64,000 bases of DNA from Lama glama (lineage: Eukaryota), in contig CM052817.1 in NCBI GenBank assembly GCA_028534125.1, positions 93,250,001 through 93,314,000 on the forward strand. The letters run 5' to 3'. Every line of letters starts with the position of its first letter. Position 1 is the first letter of the stretch. A program made the position numbers and the translations under genes. Under the pieces are notes generated by a model. It did not search any database. It saw only the letters and a program-made list of their open reading frames with translations, and was not told where the DNA came from. Shown piece after piece: positions 1 to 12,708 of the stretch.

Positions 1-59
1 TCTCTCTTTTTTTTTCTCTTTTTCTAGGTACTAAAAGTCTCTTCAGGGTAGTTACTACA

Positions 60-320
60 ACCGACAAGTCTTTGCTCAAATGTTATCTTCCTTGAGCATC
101 TTATTTACAATTTCAAGTCTCTCTTCCACCCCAGCATTCCATATTGTCCTTTGTGCTGTTTGTTTTCTGCCTTCTGATAAATAATTTACTAGTTTTGTTT
201 TCTGTCTTCTTTCATTAGTAAGTTCCGGGAGGGCAAAGATTTTGTTTTTCCTTTTCTTTTTCTGTGTATATGTGTGTGTGCACTAAAAAGGTGGTGAGCA
301 CATTGAAGACACTCACTTAA
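60..320 (+). mobile_element. L2 LINE 3' remnant
   Basis: Degenerate L2-like motifs in order: ctcaaatgttatcttcc, gtaagttccgggagggcaaagattttgt, gcacattgaagacactca. Confidence 0.5.
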
Positions 321-332
321 GGCATACTTGTC

Positions 333-428
333 GGGAGGAGGGTATCGCTCAGTGGTAGAGTGAGTGCTTAGCATGCACAAGGTCCTGGGTTCAATCTCCA
401 GTGCCTAAAAAAAAAAAGAAAAAAAAAA
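333..428 (+). mobile_element. tRNA-Ala-derived SINE (camelid vic-1 type), short-tail form
   Basis: gggaggagggtatcgctcagtggtagag (A box), gtgc-ttagcat-gcac anticodon arm (AGC at 370-372), ggttcaatctcc (B box), then an A-rich tail at 407-428. Confidence 0.9.
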
Positions 429-821
429 GCACATTACTGGAGGACAGTGTGAATATCAGAAATCCACATTCTTGTCTATTTGAATTAAAGCTTTCTCCTC
501 TCCCGGTGTGGGCATACTGTAAGCAGGACGCACTCCCTCACTTCCCCTGACTAACCAGCTGCTACTTGCGGCTGGAAGAGACAGGATGTGGAGTAAGAGA
601 ATACAACATGACTTGTGGTTGTAATTTGTCATCAGGGACTATTTCATAGTGATTGTGACAGATGCATGACTTGCTAATACTTCCCTTTGTGGGGTGATTT
701 TGTGGGTTCTTGGGAGACTCTGCCTAGCTCAGACCCTCTCACCTCCTTGACTGAGGTGATGCCTGGACCAGCAGACAGATGGTGACATTACTGAGCTTCT
801 GCAGCCGAATGTTTTATTTGC

Positions 822-1016
822 TTTTGCTCCGTTCAGATTTTCAGCTGATTGGATGAGGCTTACCCACATTGGAAAGGGCAATCTAACGGACTCAGACAAC
901 TGATTTAAATGTTAATCTCCTCAAGATCACCCTTAGCAAAACGTCCAATAATGTTTGACCAGATATTTGGGTACCCCAAGGCCCAGTGAAGCTGATATAT
1001 AAAGTTGACCATCATA
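822..1016 (-). mobile_element. MLT2-type (ERVL) LTR, 5' part
   Basis: Reverse complement reads tgatggtcaactttatatatcagcttcactgggcc...cccaaatatctggtcaaacattatt...gattaacatttaaatcagt...attgccctttccaatgtggg...cctcatccaatcagctgaa, matching the MLT2 start. Confidence 0.85.
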
Positions 1017-1029
1017 ATGCTTTTATATA

Positions 1030-2400
1030 TTTATTTTCTATTTACTAGAGTAGATTCTCTGAATTTTTGTGATTCCCACTAAAAATCTTGACTGATATAA
1101 GTACCAGTTTTATTTTAATTTTTCATCTTTCATCTTAATAATACAAGTATATTGCTATGTATTTTTCTCTGAAAAGAGCTTTGGATATGTCCAATAGATT
1201 TTTTTTTTTTTACTATAAATCGATTTTTGTAATAACCATTCCTCCTTTACAGTTTTTTGGATAATTTGTCTTTTTTAGGCTTAAATGCTTCTTTGATTCA
1301 ACCACTACCTCAAAGTTAATTTTCTAATTTTGATGTACTAAAAGCTTCCCCCCTAAAGTTTATATCCTCAGGATTAGAGAATTGGTCTGTAAGATTCATA
1401 CTTTTTAAAATTTAAAATATTGTTTCTCAGTTGGTACACAGAATTTTTAGAAGTTCAATGAACATACACAAAATATTTTTAGTCAAGCTATTTAAAGTTC
1501 TATCTATCTCTAGCAAATTTGAGAGTTATTACTTATTTCTTATTTATAAAATCTGTTCTAATTTTAAATAAATGTTTTGAAATCTCCTATTATTTTTAGT
1601 AAGTCCCCTTTGCTTTTTAAATAATTTCAATTTTATATTTGTGTAGGATTAATTCAGATTTATGCTTTTTTTTTTGTTCAGAAAATTTGCTTTTCATAGT
1701 TACTTAATTTCCCTCTCTGTTTTGGTAAGTAAATATAACCTTAAACTGTTCCATGTATGACATAAATATAGTCACTTCTGTCTCTTTTGTGGTTGCAACT
1801 ATATTTGAATAATATCTCTTTTACCATCTGTAATTTAAACTCAGACTTAATACTTTGTCCTCTATAAACGGCATAATATTTTTTCAAAATGTAAATATTA
1901 CAGTCTGCCCTATTAAAAGGAAATACTTGCTTTAACTAATTTACTTGATTTTATTCCTTTTGTTTTACTTGTATGTATCATTTATTTTACTTTATTAATT
2001 TTGTTTTCCTTTATTTCCAATAGTTCCATCAATTTACTTCTTTCTTTTGTCCTCATATATGTGAGAATCATGCTGCACTTTTCCATGCCATCAAAGTTTG
2101 TGTCTTTTCTGATATTCATACAAATTTCTCAAGTAACACATAAAAAGACAAAACTAATAATTTCACTCAGGGTACTCTAACTTTCCCATTTTCCTTCCTG
2201 CTCCATCTCCTCACTCTCCTTTTTTCCTTCCCTACGCACCCCAAAGCTTTGCTGAGTCAGCTTTGTACTTTGAAGTTCAGTCCGTTTTTAAAATTCTTTT
2301 GCAGTTTCTCACGTTTATGTTAAAACTACCTATTCAAACCATTTATATTTTGAATTTTGTTTTGATGATATTTAAACAAAACTACTTTATTGAATTTTCA
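1030..2400 (-). mobile_element. Highly decayed old L1 (L1M/L1ME-type) fragments
   Basis: Long T-rich tract with antisense L1-like words (gagaattggtctgtaagatt, ttgaaatctcctattat, ctataaacggcata). Boundaries approximate. Confidence 0.45.
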
Positions 2401-3748
2401 CAAAGGCAAAGGCCAGAGAAGTCAGTAAAGAGTAATGTCAAAAGCCTGGGATTCCTGCAGAATTCACAGAATCCGTGTAGACCAGAACATGAAGCTGAGA
2501 CAGGTGCAGAGGTACAGCAGGGTGAGTTACAACAGCTGTCTCTAAGCTTACACTTCTTGTACACTTCAGCCCTGCTTCTGGAGGGGAAATGGGTGGGGTC
2601 TCTGATGGATCCTGGCCATGGGATATAAAGGCAGGAGCACGGATCTATAGCCATGTAGATTTGCACTCAGATTACTCCTATCACTTCTTATCGGGGTGGG
2701 GGGGGGAGGCTATCAGGCAATTACCAGCCTCCAGAGCTTCAGTTTCCTATTTGCGAAAAGGAAATAGCGATACCCACCCCTCAGGATAGCTATGAAAACG
2801 TAGAAGACCACAGACCTCTGAGGTGGGTATAATTAAGCACTCCAGTGACATCTGGGTCTCTGTCTTTCCCCTCCCCAGAACTGTGTGCTGATTTGCCTTG
2901 AGACAGTCAAACTGATTTGAAATGCAAACCTCACATCCCTTGTGCTGGGAAAAGGAGCAACTGAAAAATAACGTCTCTCCCCTCCAGCCAGGTGCGGCTG
3001 TTTCCATGTTTGTGTGCACTTTCCGTCTTCGTCCACACACACATCCCGAGTTGGAAGTACCTTGAACTGGCAGGTTTGTGTCTTGCAAAAAAATTTTTTT
3101 GGCTTTGATAGGCAGTTACTTTCTGGCTTACCTCTTCCTAGTAAGAGATGTTTCTAAATCACTAGAGTTTTAGATTTGAACCCAATATCTAGTCAACTAC
3201 AAAGTAAAACAAAACTCAAGATAGCTGAGGGGAAAAATTAAATTTTGATTAATTCTGTATCTTAGAGTGTCTCTAGGCAATGCTAACCTCCTTACAAAAT
3301 GGTAAATTGCCTAACATGGCAGCTTAGGAATTACATAAGGTTTCAGCTCAAAAGGACTTTTATAGGGCAACAGGCCCACACTCTGCCTGCAGGCACAGGC
3401 TTCCAACATTGTGACTACCTAAGCCTCTCTAATTTTTTTTCTCCTCTTGGACCTTGGGTTTTGATTTTTTTTTTCTGGACATACATTGTATAAAAGCTCA
3501 TTTCGCAGATGTAATTCATCAAGGCGGCTTTGCTTAACTTCACCTAACAGGTTATCAGTGGATAACCAGAGGAAAGAAATACTGCATTTCGGTTACCCTT
3601 ATAGCACTTGCACTGTAGATAAATACAAATCCTTTTTTTTTTTTTAAAGCTTTGCAGCACACAGTCTTGTGTTAGAGTCATCTCCTCCAGCTGTTAGCTG
3701 TGTGACCTGGTCCTGGGTATGAAATTCAGATAACACCATATAAGGAAA

Positions 3749-3913
3749 CAGTCATCCTCAAGGAGTGGTCCCCAGATAATCATGATCAGCATCACATGAA
3801 ACTTTTTAAAAGTGTACATTTTCAGACTCCACTGCAGACCTATGAAGTTAGAAACCCTGAAGTCTATGTTTTCAAAAGCCCTCCAGGTGATTGTGGTGTA
3901 TGAGAAAGTTTGA
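3749..3913. mobile_element. MER5A-like hAT-Charlie element inside a MIR
   Basis: cagtcatcctcaaggagtggtcc...cagcatcacatgaaact...aagccctccaggtgatt...aaagtttga. MIR words on both sides (tagctgtgtgacct; ggcacatagtaggtgctc). Confidence 0.75.
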
Positions 3914-4762
3914 TTAGATTAGAGACAAGCTATCACATTTCTAAGATTTATTACAAAATAAATGAAAAGTAAACATAAAGCAACATATTGCAAGGCACAT
4001 AGTAGGTGCTCCAAAGTGTTAGGTAGTAGCCTTGTTATTGAAAATCAGAGAGACCTTCCATGTCTTCTCTTATACATCCCAGGCTGGGCCTCTCTGATGT
4101 AAGCCATCAAGACGGAAACTGTTAGCAATTATTTCATGAATTAGTGTATTAAGTGTCAAGCATACAGACTGTAAGAATCCAGGGATCTTTGTGAGGAAGA
4201 GAACAGAGTCTGAGTTAAGAATTCAAGTCACTACCAGAACTGCGTTCTCAAATTCTAGAATTAAAGTTACCTGGCCACTCTGACTAGGAAGCCATCGAAG
4301 AAGTCATCAATTTGGGACATCAAAGAATGGTCCTTACCTCTTAGAAAATTGGTGTTCCTTCTGATAATGTAGAAAATAATTAAAAGACATTTTATGGTAT
4401 ATTTCTGGGAGCAAATAAATGCTGTCCTCTCTCAGATGGCACCATTTCTTATTGAAGGACTGGAGAAGCATTGGCCCATGAGCAGAGATAGCTTCCTGTC
4501 ACCTCGATGCTGGTGATTTACTCTCAAACAGCTGGCTGAGGAGTTTGGGTCCTTAACCAGTCTCTTCCAGTCTCTCGAGCCCGATGATGGTACAGGAATT
4601 AGTCTTTTGAACATCACACTTCCTGACTTACCTAATACTGATTGTGGCGTGTTTTTGAGGGTGTAGACCCACCTGTCCCCACCCTCCAACACTGGAGTTA
4701 GCCAACAGAAAACACAGACTAATAGACTTCATTTGTTTTTCCATCTCTGCTTTTCATTCTTG

Positions 4763-5241
4763 TGTGAACGAAAAATACTGCAAACCATATCACTAAACAA
4801 AGAACGCTGACACCATCAAGTCATCAGCGACTGCCGCCCCCCCTCCAGTGAAGACAAGCCTGCAGCCCAGCCTTGCAGCCACTCACAATGGTGCACCCTG
4901 AGGGGACTCAGAATAATAAAGGACAGGATACTGGCCCTCGACAGCTAGGTGCTTGTCAGAAGAATGAATTCAATGAGCCCAAATGTGTGCTTCCTCCCAT
5001 ACACAGAAAAGCACTAAATTCTTTAACTTGAGATGCCTGGTTTTCTTTAGATAATAAGTAACCTTTTATTATTCCAACTACCTGGTCTTTGTTGTAAAGC
5101 TCCTATAGATCCTAGCTCCTCCCCTACCTCTTCGGAGCCGTCCCTCAGGGCGATCTGAGAGGCTGCCATCCCGGCTCGAGTCCTCCTGCCAAATTAAACA
5201 TAACTCTTAACTTTTAGGCTGCACATTTATTTCAGTCGACA
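4763..5241 (+). mobile_element. ERV1-like solo LTR, relatively young
   Basis: TG...CA termini with imperfect inverted ends (tgtgaacgaaaaat / atttatttcagtcgaca), 4-bp TSD cttg/tttg, attaaa signal near the 3' end, about 11 CpGs retained. Confidence 0.8.
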
Positions 5242-6418
5242 TTTGTAGTCTTCAAGCTGGATATTTCCCTTTACAAAAGCATAGAGAAAAATCAACGGAT
5301 GGACAAACTGTTGTTCTATTCATGCAGTTTTTTCAAGTCCTCTTAAGAAAATAGTACTTTCGTTCTACCAACCCTTCTACTTCCAACTACCCCCTCCACC
5401 CTCTTTCCTCATATTCTCTGTCTCTGAGCGCCCCTGCTACAGGTTTAGAGGTTTCACAATAAAGGAAGAAATTATACCCTTTCTGCCATTCAGGCATTCC
5501 CTCAGTCTGGAGAAGCACAAGCATGAGACTTTCTTCATCACAAACCTGGGTGAGGAGGCAGCTTATATATCAAATAACGGGGTGGGGGGGAGGGGGGATG
5601 TCGCGGAAGCTTGCTTTATTGGTAATTCAGATTTTGGCCATCTTTTCTTGTGAAAGAACACCTAGGGAAGAGAAAACATCGTTGGTAATAAAGCCTGCTG
5701 CTTACAAAGAATCCTGCAGGGACCTCCCTGGGGGCCTTTCAGGAGTGAGTGATTTCTCAACTTTCTTACTTGTTTGAAGAGCAATCACTGGAGTCAATTC
5801 CTACAAAAGGACCTTTTAGGATCAAAATGGAAGGTCCTTTCAGTATCCTGCTCCCATTTTGTCTGCCACTGGCCTTTATCTCACCAAAAATCTGACACTG
5901 ATACCCACTGCCTGAGGCATTGCCTGCAGCTTCAGGGGTAAAAACTTGGTGGAGTTCCATTCTGATCGTAGCAAATTGTCTCTTGTGGAAACTAAACTAT
6001 TCTGGGCTCCACTGCTTGTCAGGAAAGCTTAGTCTCCTTCATCTTAACAGCTTCCCTGAACCAACTGGATCTGACAGGTTTCACGTAAAAGACAAGGACC
6101 AAACCCAGTCAGTGGACTCGACTGAAGCAAAGGAGGAACTGAGCAACTGTTGGGTTCAATTGTCTCCTTTCTGATACCACTTTTGTTATTCAGATGTGTT
6201 ATTACTTATCGCCAAAGTATTTCAAGCAGACCTGGAGACCTGGAGATTTACCTCAGCAGGGAAAAGGCTAAAAATTTGGTAAAACAATTAACTTAGAACT
6301 CAATATTTCTCAGAAACTGTATTTTTCCAACGTTCATTCTTACTTCCCTTCCTTAGACCTCCATCATCTATTATTTGCCTGGCTTAGTGAAATGGTCTCT
6401 TAATCTATGGGACTCTTC

Positions 6419-6525
6419 CAGTGGTTCTCAAACTCAAGTGGGTACAAAATGTCATTTGCAGAGCAGAGTCCTGGATCTTATCCCCAGAAAGTGCATTCTT
6501 AACAGACACCAAGGAAATACTGATA
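6419..6525. mobile_element. MER5-type hAT fragment
   Basis: Starts with the MER5 terminus cagtggttctcaaact and carries tgcattcttaaca...cc. Confidence 0.55.
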
Positions 6526-6538
6526 TAAGATCTCAGAA

Positions 6539-7100
6539 TGAAACAGAGCAGGACCCTGTACCCTCCCTGGTACAGATCCTTTCCATGTCCCCCATTTCCT
6601 ATTAGTAGGAAATGGGCTCCCTTCAGCCTCCTTGACCTTCCCTGAGTTCCAAAGGGCAGATTCAAACAATTGCTAATCAGGGAAGGGAGAGGATGCAGAC
6701 ACAAGGGAGGAGCAGTCAGAAAACAATAGTGCAGCCTTGGGGCAAGGTCCTGGTTCCTCCTTGTAACAATGCATAACAATATGGTTGAGTTCTTCTGCTG
6801 GAACTAAGGCCCCTACCTAGGCGGATGGCACCTTTAGGCTGAGCACACATTCCTAGAGCACCGCCCTGCCCCCTCAGCACTGACCAATCAGAAGAAAGTC
6901 TCATACACCCCACAGCCCTCACCCCAAATTTGCCGATAAAAACGTTTCCCCAAAAACCATCTGAAAGTTCAGGTTTTTCAAAGCACAAGCCCCCCATCCT
7001 CCTTGCTTGGCCCTGCAATAAATCTTTCTCTGCTCCAAACTCTGACGGTTCTGTTTTTTTGTTTTCATGCTTTGGGCACATGAACTTTTGTTTGGTAACA
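6539..7100 (+). mobile_element. ERV1-like solo LTR
   Basis: tgaaacagagcaggaccct ... gtttggtaaca termini. CCAAT box (gaccaatcag ~6883), TATA-like gataaaaa (~6935) and AATAAA (7017-7022) occur in U3-R-U5 order. No clean TSD. Confidence 0.8.
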
Positions 7101-7569
7101 AAACTATATTCTGATAAAATTACTAATTCCACCCTTCTCTGTTCACTCTTTCTATGGTGCCAGAGTACGCATTCTATAGCACAAATCTGACCATGTCAGT
7201 CTCCAAATAAATAGTTGATAACACCCCAATGCCTTTAAGAACAAAGCCCAGCCCTTAGCAAGCAATAGTATATATATATTTGTGTATATATTTATCTGAT
7301 ATTTTTCCAGAAACTATTTAAAGCAAATTATAAATGATGATAGATTCTTGCAAAATAAAGAGACGACAGAGACATTTCTTTACAGAGAAACAACTAGGAA
7401 ATATTCTTAATAAGCCTTCCTGTGTGGCAGGCCAAGGAAGAGAGAATTATTATTCTCAAAAAGTGCTATTTGATCTTCCCCAGCACATAGATCTAATGAA
7501 CAACAAGTTCCATAATTAACTGGGAACATTTGCAAAGTAGAACAGCCCTTAACACTTTGTGGAAAGTAC

Positions 7570-7690
7570 AGTTGTCTGCATTTTATGATGACAAAATGAA
7601 GCTTAAGAGAAGTGACTTAGCTCAGCTAGTAAATGACAAAGCAGGAATCTAGCTGACTGCCAAGCCCATCTTTTTAACCTCCACACTAGA
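7570..7690 (-). mobile_element. MIR fragment
   Basis: cattttatgatgacaaaatgaagcttaagagaagtgact...cagctagtaaatgacaaagcagga, antisense MIR core. Confidence 0.65.
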
Positions 7691-8137
7691 CTCTTTTTCA
7701 AAAAGACCATTCCTACCAACCCTGATTCCCGTAGTATTAAGGTAGAACTTTAATAGGAGAAATCTATTTGGAAATTATTTATCCAGTCCATAACCAACTT
7801 CTCTCTCTAGTACCAATGACCAGAGAACTTTAGCGCCATGTATAAAGTCTGCATAGTTTAGCTAGTAATCACTGTACTTATCCAATTGCTCCTACGCATC
7901 TACCCTAGGCTCCAGTGTACCAAACCACATTCCCCTTGCTTTTTTCTGCTGTGTACATCAACCTGCCATTTAGTCTACAGAGAATGCTCTCTCCATCCTA
8001 GTGCAATTGGCAGGCCCCTAGTCACCCTAGTTTCAATTCAGATATTTCATCTACTTTATTATATGTGAGAAAATATACTTTATATAAATGTAAGATGATG
8101 ACAAATTGAAATTATAATAGAGTAATCAGAATTCAGG

Positions 8138-8564
8138 TGTACAAAAATTGAGTTGAGCAGCCATTGAGAATCCAGTCTCAGATTCATCTCTGCACCACTT
8201 AGAACTTGAACTTTCTTTGAACTGTACCAGACCCAAGGACCATATTCAACAACACCTGCCAGCTGAAACCTTATAGTCTCAAGGTCTCCCCTTGCAACTT
8301 GCAACCATTTCAGACCCCAACCAATTTTTACTTAAAAAGCACCCTTACTTCTTGCCAGTTCCTATTATAATTCTTGATAAACAACTCATGTAACTAACTG
8401 TAACCTTGTGTGTTTTGTCTTTATAAGCATCCCCTGTTTTGTAATCTGGTGGAACAGAATTCAAGTGCTTCTTGAATCTGTGTCTCCTGGGCTGCAACTC
8501 TAACAAACCCCAAATAAACACTTTTCCTGCTAACTCAAGATGTAGGTATCTACCTTCAGGTACA
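8138..8564 (+). mobile_element. ERV1-like solo LTR (MER34/MER39-like 3' part)
   Basis: tttataa TATA, aattcaagtgcttcttgaatctgtgtctcctgggctgca, aataaac, ending ...caggtaca. 5' boundary uncertain. Confidence 0.6.
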
Positions 8565-10942
8565 ATGCCAAGGGCAGGAAGTGGGACTTGCCTACGCCCT
8601 AAGAACAAGCTGTATTACTCATTTGTCTCTGCTTGTCAGTAAATGTTCCCACTTTCAACAGAATTCAGTCTAAGATTTGTTTTCATCACAACATATCACC
8701 TTGTAGGGTAGTAAAAGGAGAAAGATGGTTAAAGGCCTTACATATCTCTAATCAATCAAAGGCCTACTGGATATTTACCCAAAGAACCTAACTTCTCTGA
8801 TGGGCTAGACTGAGATGAGTTTGTAACATCATCTTGGTTGAACCCATCCCTCAGTATCCCAGAGGGTGCACTCTATTTCTACTCCAGTTTCTATCTTGTA
8901 ATCCCATTAAATGAATAACTATAACTTATCTTACATTACAGCACTATTTTTTGGTCTTTTAACACTATAAACTATCAATGCCATGAAGATTTTCTTGAAC
9001 TTAAAAAAAATAGATTTTTTAAAAACTTATGTATATAATGGTATATAATATTTTCTAAGCCTCTGCAAGTAATTACTACTCCCAAGAATTCTGTTTTACT
9101 CATTATGTTAGATATCTTTTGTCAAACTTTAGAATCCCTGCTAGACTTACACATGCACACACATACAAACACACACACGTTTCCTGAAAAATTTTGAGCA
9201 TCTGTGACATAGTCATGCATGCAGAGCAAGTAGCTAGAAATAGGTCTTATATATACAAGTTAAGCAATAAATATCTGTTCAAAGAATAAATGACAGAAAT
9301 TACATGTGAGCATGTATTTTGTGTCATTGAGCTCTTCCAGTCAGTATCAAGGCACAAAGAGGAGATTTACATTAAAGGCATTTTCAAAAGACTCAATGAA
9401 CCAACTTATAGGTTAGTTCCTTGAACCAATTTGTTAGTGAATCATCATTCTTGCCTTGCTTTGGTTTCCTTTGCAGCCAGTTGGGATCTTGGCAAAATAG
9501 TTCACCTGTATTCTTCTTAGCCTAATTTCTGACTGTATTCATCTAAAATTTGCAATATTGTGTTTTGGAAACCAAAACCCTAGCTAAAGCTGAGATTGAC
9601 ATCCTATTGCAATTTGGTTTTGCCAGACCATTTGTAAATGGTAATTGTTGTACAATCAGTAAGTTTGCCAGACGTATGTTATTCAGGTGACTAGGTCTAG
9701 TGAGGGCAATCAGCAAGTACATAAGAGTATCTGATGCCACAAGACTTGTAACTTAAAAGATGATGGTGAGTTTGAAGAAGGGGGAAGGAGAATAGTGGGC
9801 TGAAAGTAGGCTGTAGTATATTAGTTGAATGATTAAAATCTTGAAATGTCTCAGATGAGCAACACCAGTGAAGTCAGTCAGTCAAAGAATTTTTGTATAT
9901 GTAGTGCTTTACAAGCTTAACTATTACATTAAAAAGACCAGATGTCCCCATCCATCCTAGGAAATTGTTTCAGAACCTCAGCAACCCAGACATTTTTTCA
10001 CTCCTCAGGCGATTCCAAGATACAGCAATGGTTTCAATCAATACGGTTATTGAAATTGACCTAAATGCAAAACCATAGACAAAGAGACAATCATATGGTG
10101 GTGGTGAGCATATACACTGAGCATATAAAATGGCTTTGCTATCATTCCTAAAGAGGTTGAAGTCTCTAAGTGTGTGTTATAACAGGAAGTAAATTTTAAA
10201 CCCTATTAATGGTAAACTGTTTATATTACAGCGTTTATCTGGTTTAGGATGATAAAAAGGATAATGATTTAGTTTAGGATGCACAGAGGATACGCACAAA
10301 ATTTGAGTCAGATATCTCAAAGTGTACAAGAGTTTCCTTCCCCTTGTTTGGGGGATCAGGGCAACTTTTCTTCCAGACAGGCAGGTATAAGAGAAACCAC
10401 AGCAGATTCAGTTTGCATTGAATAAGGATCACACAACGTCCTTAATCACCTCCTTTCCGTTTTACGGAGTAAGTGTAAATTATTGTCAGTTTCATCATTT
10501 GTAATTGGAGCCTGAAACAGATGCTAAAGGTTTAGTTTAAAATGATGTGTGTCTCTTATAACAACCTCCAATATGCTCTCCAAGGACTATTTACCTTCCA
10601 CATTCCATAAACTCAGTATATAAGAAGTTTATTCTTAAAAGCATTTGAGGCAAATTAAACACAATGAATGCAACTTTCTTTAGAGGTAACACTTAGTGGA
10701 GTTATAACAGGGCTCACTGTGCCTACTCTGAGTGGGCATTTGCCTTAATGACTTTCTTTAACAAGCTTTCATTTTCTTGCTTATGTGATTTAAAGTGCTC
10801 TTACAACTTGTCCTTAGGAGTTTTGCTACCAATATATGGCAATCACAATTTGGCTTTCTTTCTCTCTCTCTCTTTTTCGCAAAATTAGTATCTAAGAGAA
10901 AAATATTTATAGTTTCAATACCAAGGGAAAATGGTAAAATTC

Positions 10943-11108
10943 TTTTTCTACTTTTCTTATTATTGTTTTATTTTGAAATAATTATAGACTCACAGTAAGA
11001 TTAAAAAGAAATAAAAAGCAGTCTCATGTACTCTTCACTCAGTTTCCCCCAATGGTAATGTCTTAATAACTATAACAAAACCAAGAAATTGACGTAGGTA
11101 CAATTCAC
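10943..11108 (-). mobile_element. Short old L1 (L1MB-type) 3' end with perfect 14-bp TSD
   Basis: T-rich tail then ttttgaaataattatagactcacag...cagtttcccccaatggtaa...aaaccaagaaattgac. Flanked by aaatggtaaaattc at 10929-10942 and 11109-11122. Confidence 0.8.
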
Positions 11109-11349
11109 AAATGGTAAAATTCCTTAGAGTGTTGCGTGTGCTAAACATTCTCTTTTGTCTGAAAGTAGGAGTCAGAGATTAGAATCAGGAATCCATAATG
11201 TAAAATTCCTTCATCCACACACAAGTTGATCACTTTAGCATGTGAGGTGCTCAGAGCGCAGGAGCCAGTCCTTAGGAACTGATGGTTGAGTAAGTGAATA
11301 AGTAAGTACACACAGTGAATAGAGGGAGGAACATACCCACTTCATCCTC

Positions 11350-11810
11350 TGGATGAATCAGAGAACAACACATGCTTAGAAAACATAACACTGTAGGTTC
11401 CTTTGGGAAAAGGAGCCAGAATCAAAATCAAAGGAGAGGATCAAAGAGAATTTTATCTCATCTGTAATGCTTTGGGTTTTTACACAGCAATTACATACAT
11501 GTACTATTTGTGTAACTAAAAATAGATTTTACAACAAAGAGAAGACTAAAAAGAAATAACATTTTAAAAAAAGAAATAAACAGAAAAAGTTCAGAGAGAA
11601 CTTAAACTGTATCTGTAAATTACTAAATTCTAGTCTTAAATAACAAATAAGAACATGAGAACCAGGACAATCTCAAGAATGAATCAACAAGAGACAGAAC
11701 TCAACAAAATAAAATAAAGGGAATTTTTTAATGGAAAATCTAATTTTACTACAAAAATTAAACAATATACTATATAACAGCAATTTTGATTCAAACACCA
11801 ATTTTAAAAC
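11350..11810 (+). mobile_element. Old L1ME-type fragments
   Basis: L1ME-like 3' end (catgtactatttgtgtaactaaaaat) followed by A-rich ORF2-like remnants. Confidence 0.4.
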
Positions 11811-12272
11811 TTTTATTTAATTATTTTTATTCATTTGTTCATTTTTGTACAATGGAACAAGTGCTTGACAGTCCGTCTGAGATACTTCATGGGTGCTTCA
11901 ATGGTCTCTTAAACAGAACCAGCTCTTGGTCCTTGAAGTTTTTCTCAGAACATATGGTAGCTCTTTTCCTAAAAGTTAATGTATGCTGTTCAGAATACTG
12001 GTGGACTTTTCATTAATTTCTCAAGGTCTACATATACTTTTCAGACCATTAGTCAAGGTAAATATACTTCTTCCCTCCTTGCCTTTTGGAAAAAAAAATT
12101 GACTGACCAGATTATCTCCATAAATGGATAGCTTTATTATTTTATATTGAAATTATTCTTTGATATTTTGTCCAAATGTATCCTACCATTAAGGAAAATA
12201 TTTGCTCTGTTTTATTTAATAAAGCAACATTTACTGGAGAGAGATTGCAGTTGATTTATAGAAAGTAAGGAG

Positions 12273-12638
12273 TGTTATAGACTCAATTATGTACCCCCCA
12301 AATTTCTATGTTGACACCCTAACCCCCAATGTGACTGTATTGGGACACAGATAGGATGTCTAAGAGGTAATTAAGGCTAAATGAGGCCATAAGGGTGGGA
12401 CTGATAAGGATAGGATTGGTGACCTTATAGAAAGAGAAGGGAGAGAGATGTGCATATGCACAAAGAAGAAGTCACAGGAGCACAGAGGGAGAGGGCAGCC
12501 ACTTACAAACCAAGAGAAGTATTTGCCAGCATCTTGATCTTGGACTTCTCAGCCTCCAGAACTCTGAGAAAAAAATTTCCATTGTTTAAGCCACTCAATC
12601 TATGTTAGTTTGTATGGCAGCTCAAGCAGACTAACACA
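12273..12638 (+). mobile_element. MLT1A/B-type MaLR solo LTR
   Basis: tgttatagactcaattatgtacccccc...ccctaacccccaatgtgactgtatt...atcttggacttctcagcctccagaact...gtttaagccac...gcagactaacaca. Confidence 0.9.
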
Positions 12639-12708
12639 TGCAGGTTCTGTTGTTTCTGCAACTAGGAAAAAGGTATATCTGGTTTTGCCAATAACTCATT
12701 TCTTCACA

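Noticed and set aside
333..410. Functional tRNA-Ala(AGC) gene
   Set aside because: The acceptor stem does not pair, an A-tail follows directly, and a second copy with a TSD shows it is a SINE.
2263..3088. Cluster of overlapping 66-121-aa ORFs
   Set aside because: No recognisable domain, no coherent splice structure, and the ORFs overlap on both strands as expected for noise.
2693..5597. Two similar G-runs (ggggtggggggggga at 2693-2707; ggggtgggggggagggggg at 5579-5597) as G-quadruplex or regulatory elements
   Set aside because: Simple homopolymer tracts with no shared flanks and no CpG-island context.
6405..7190. 124- and 138-aa ORFs
   Set aside because: They lie within a solo LTR, with no gag/pol/env or host protein similarity recognised.
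10377..10468. Plus-strand exon (cttttcttccag ... gga/gtaagt)
   Set aside because: Stops in all three frames, mediocre donor context and no partner exons; indistinguishable from chance.
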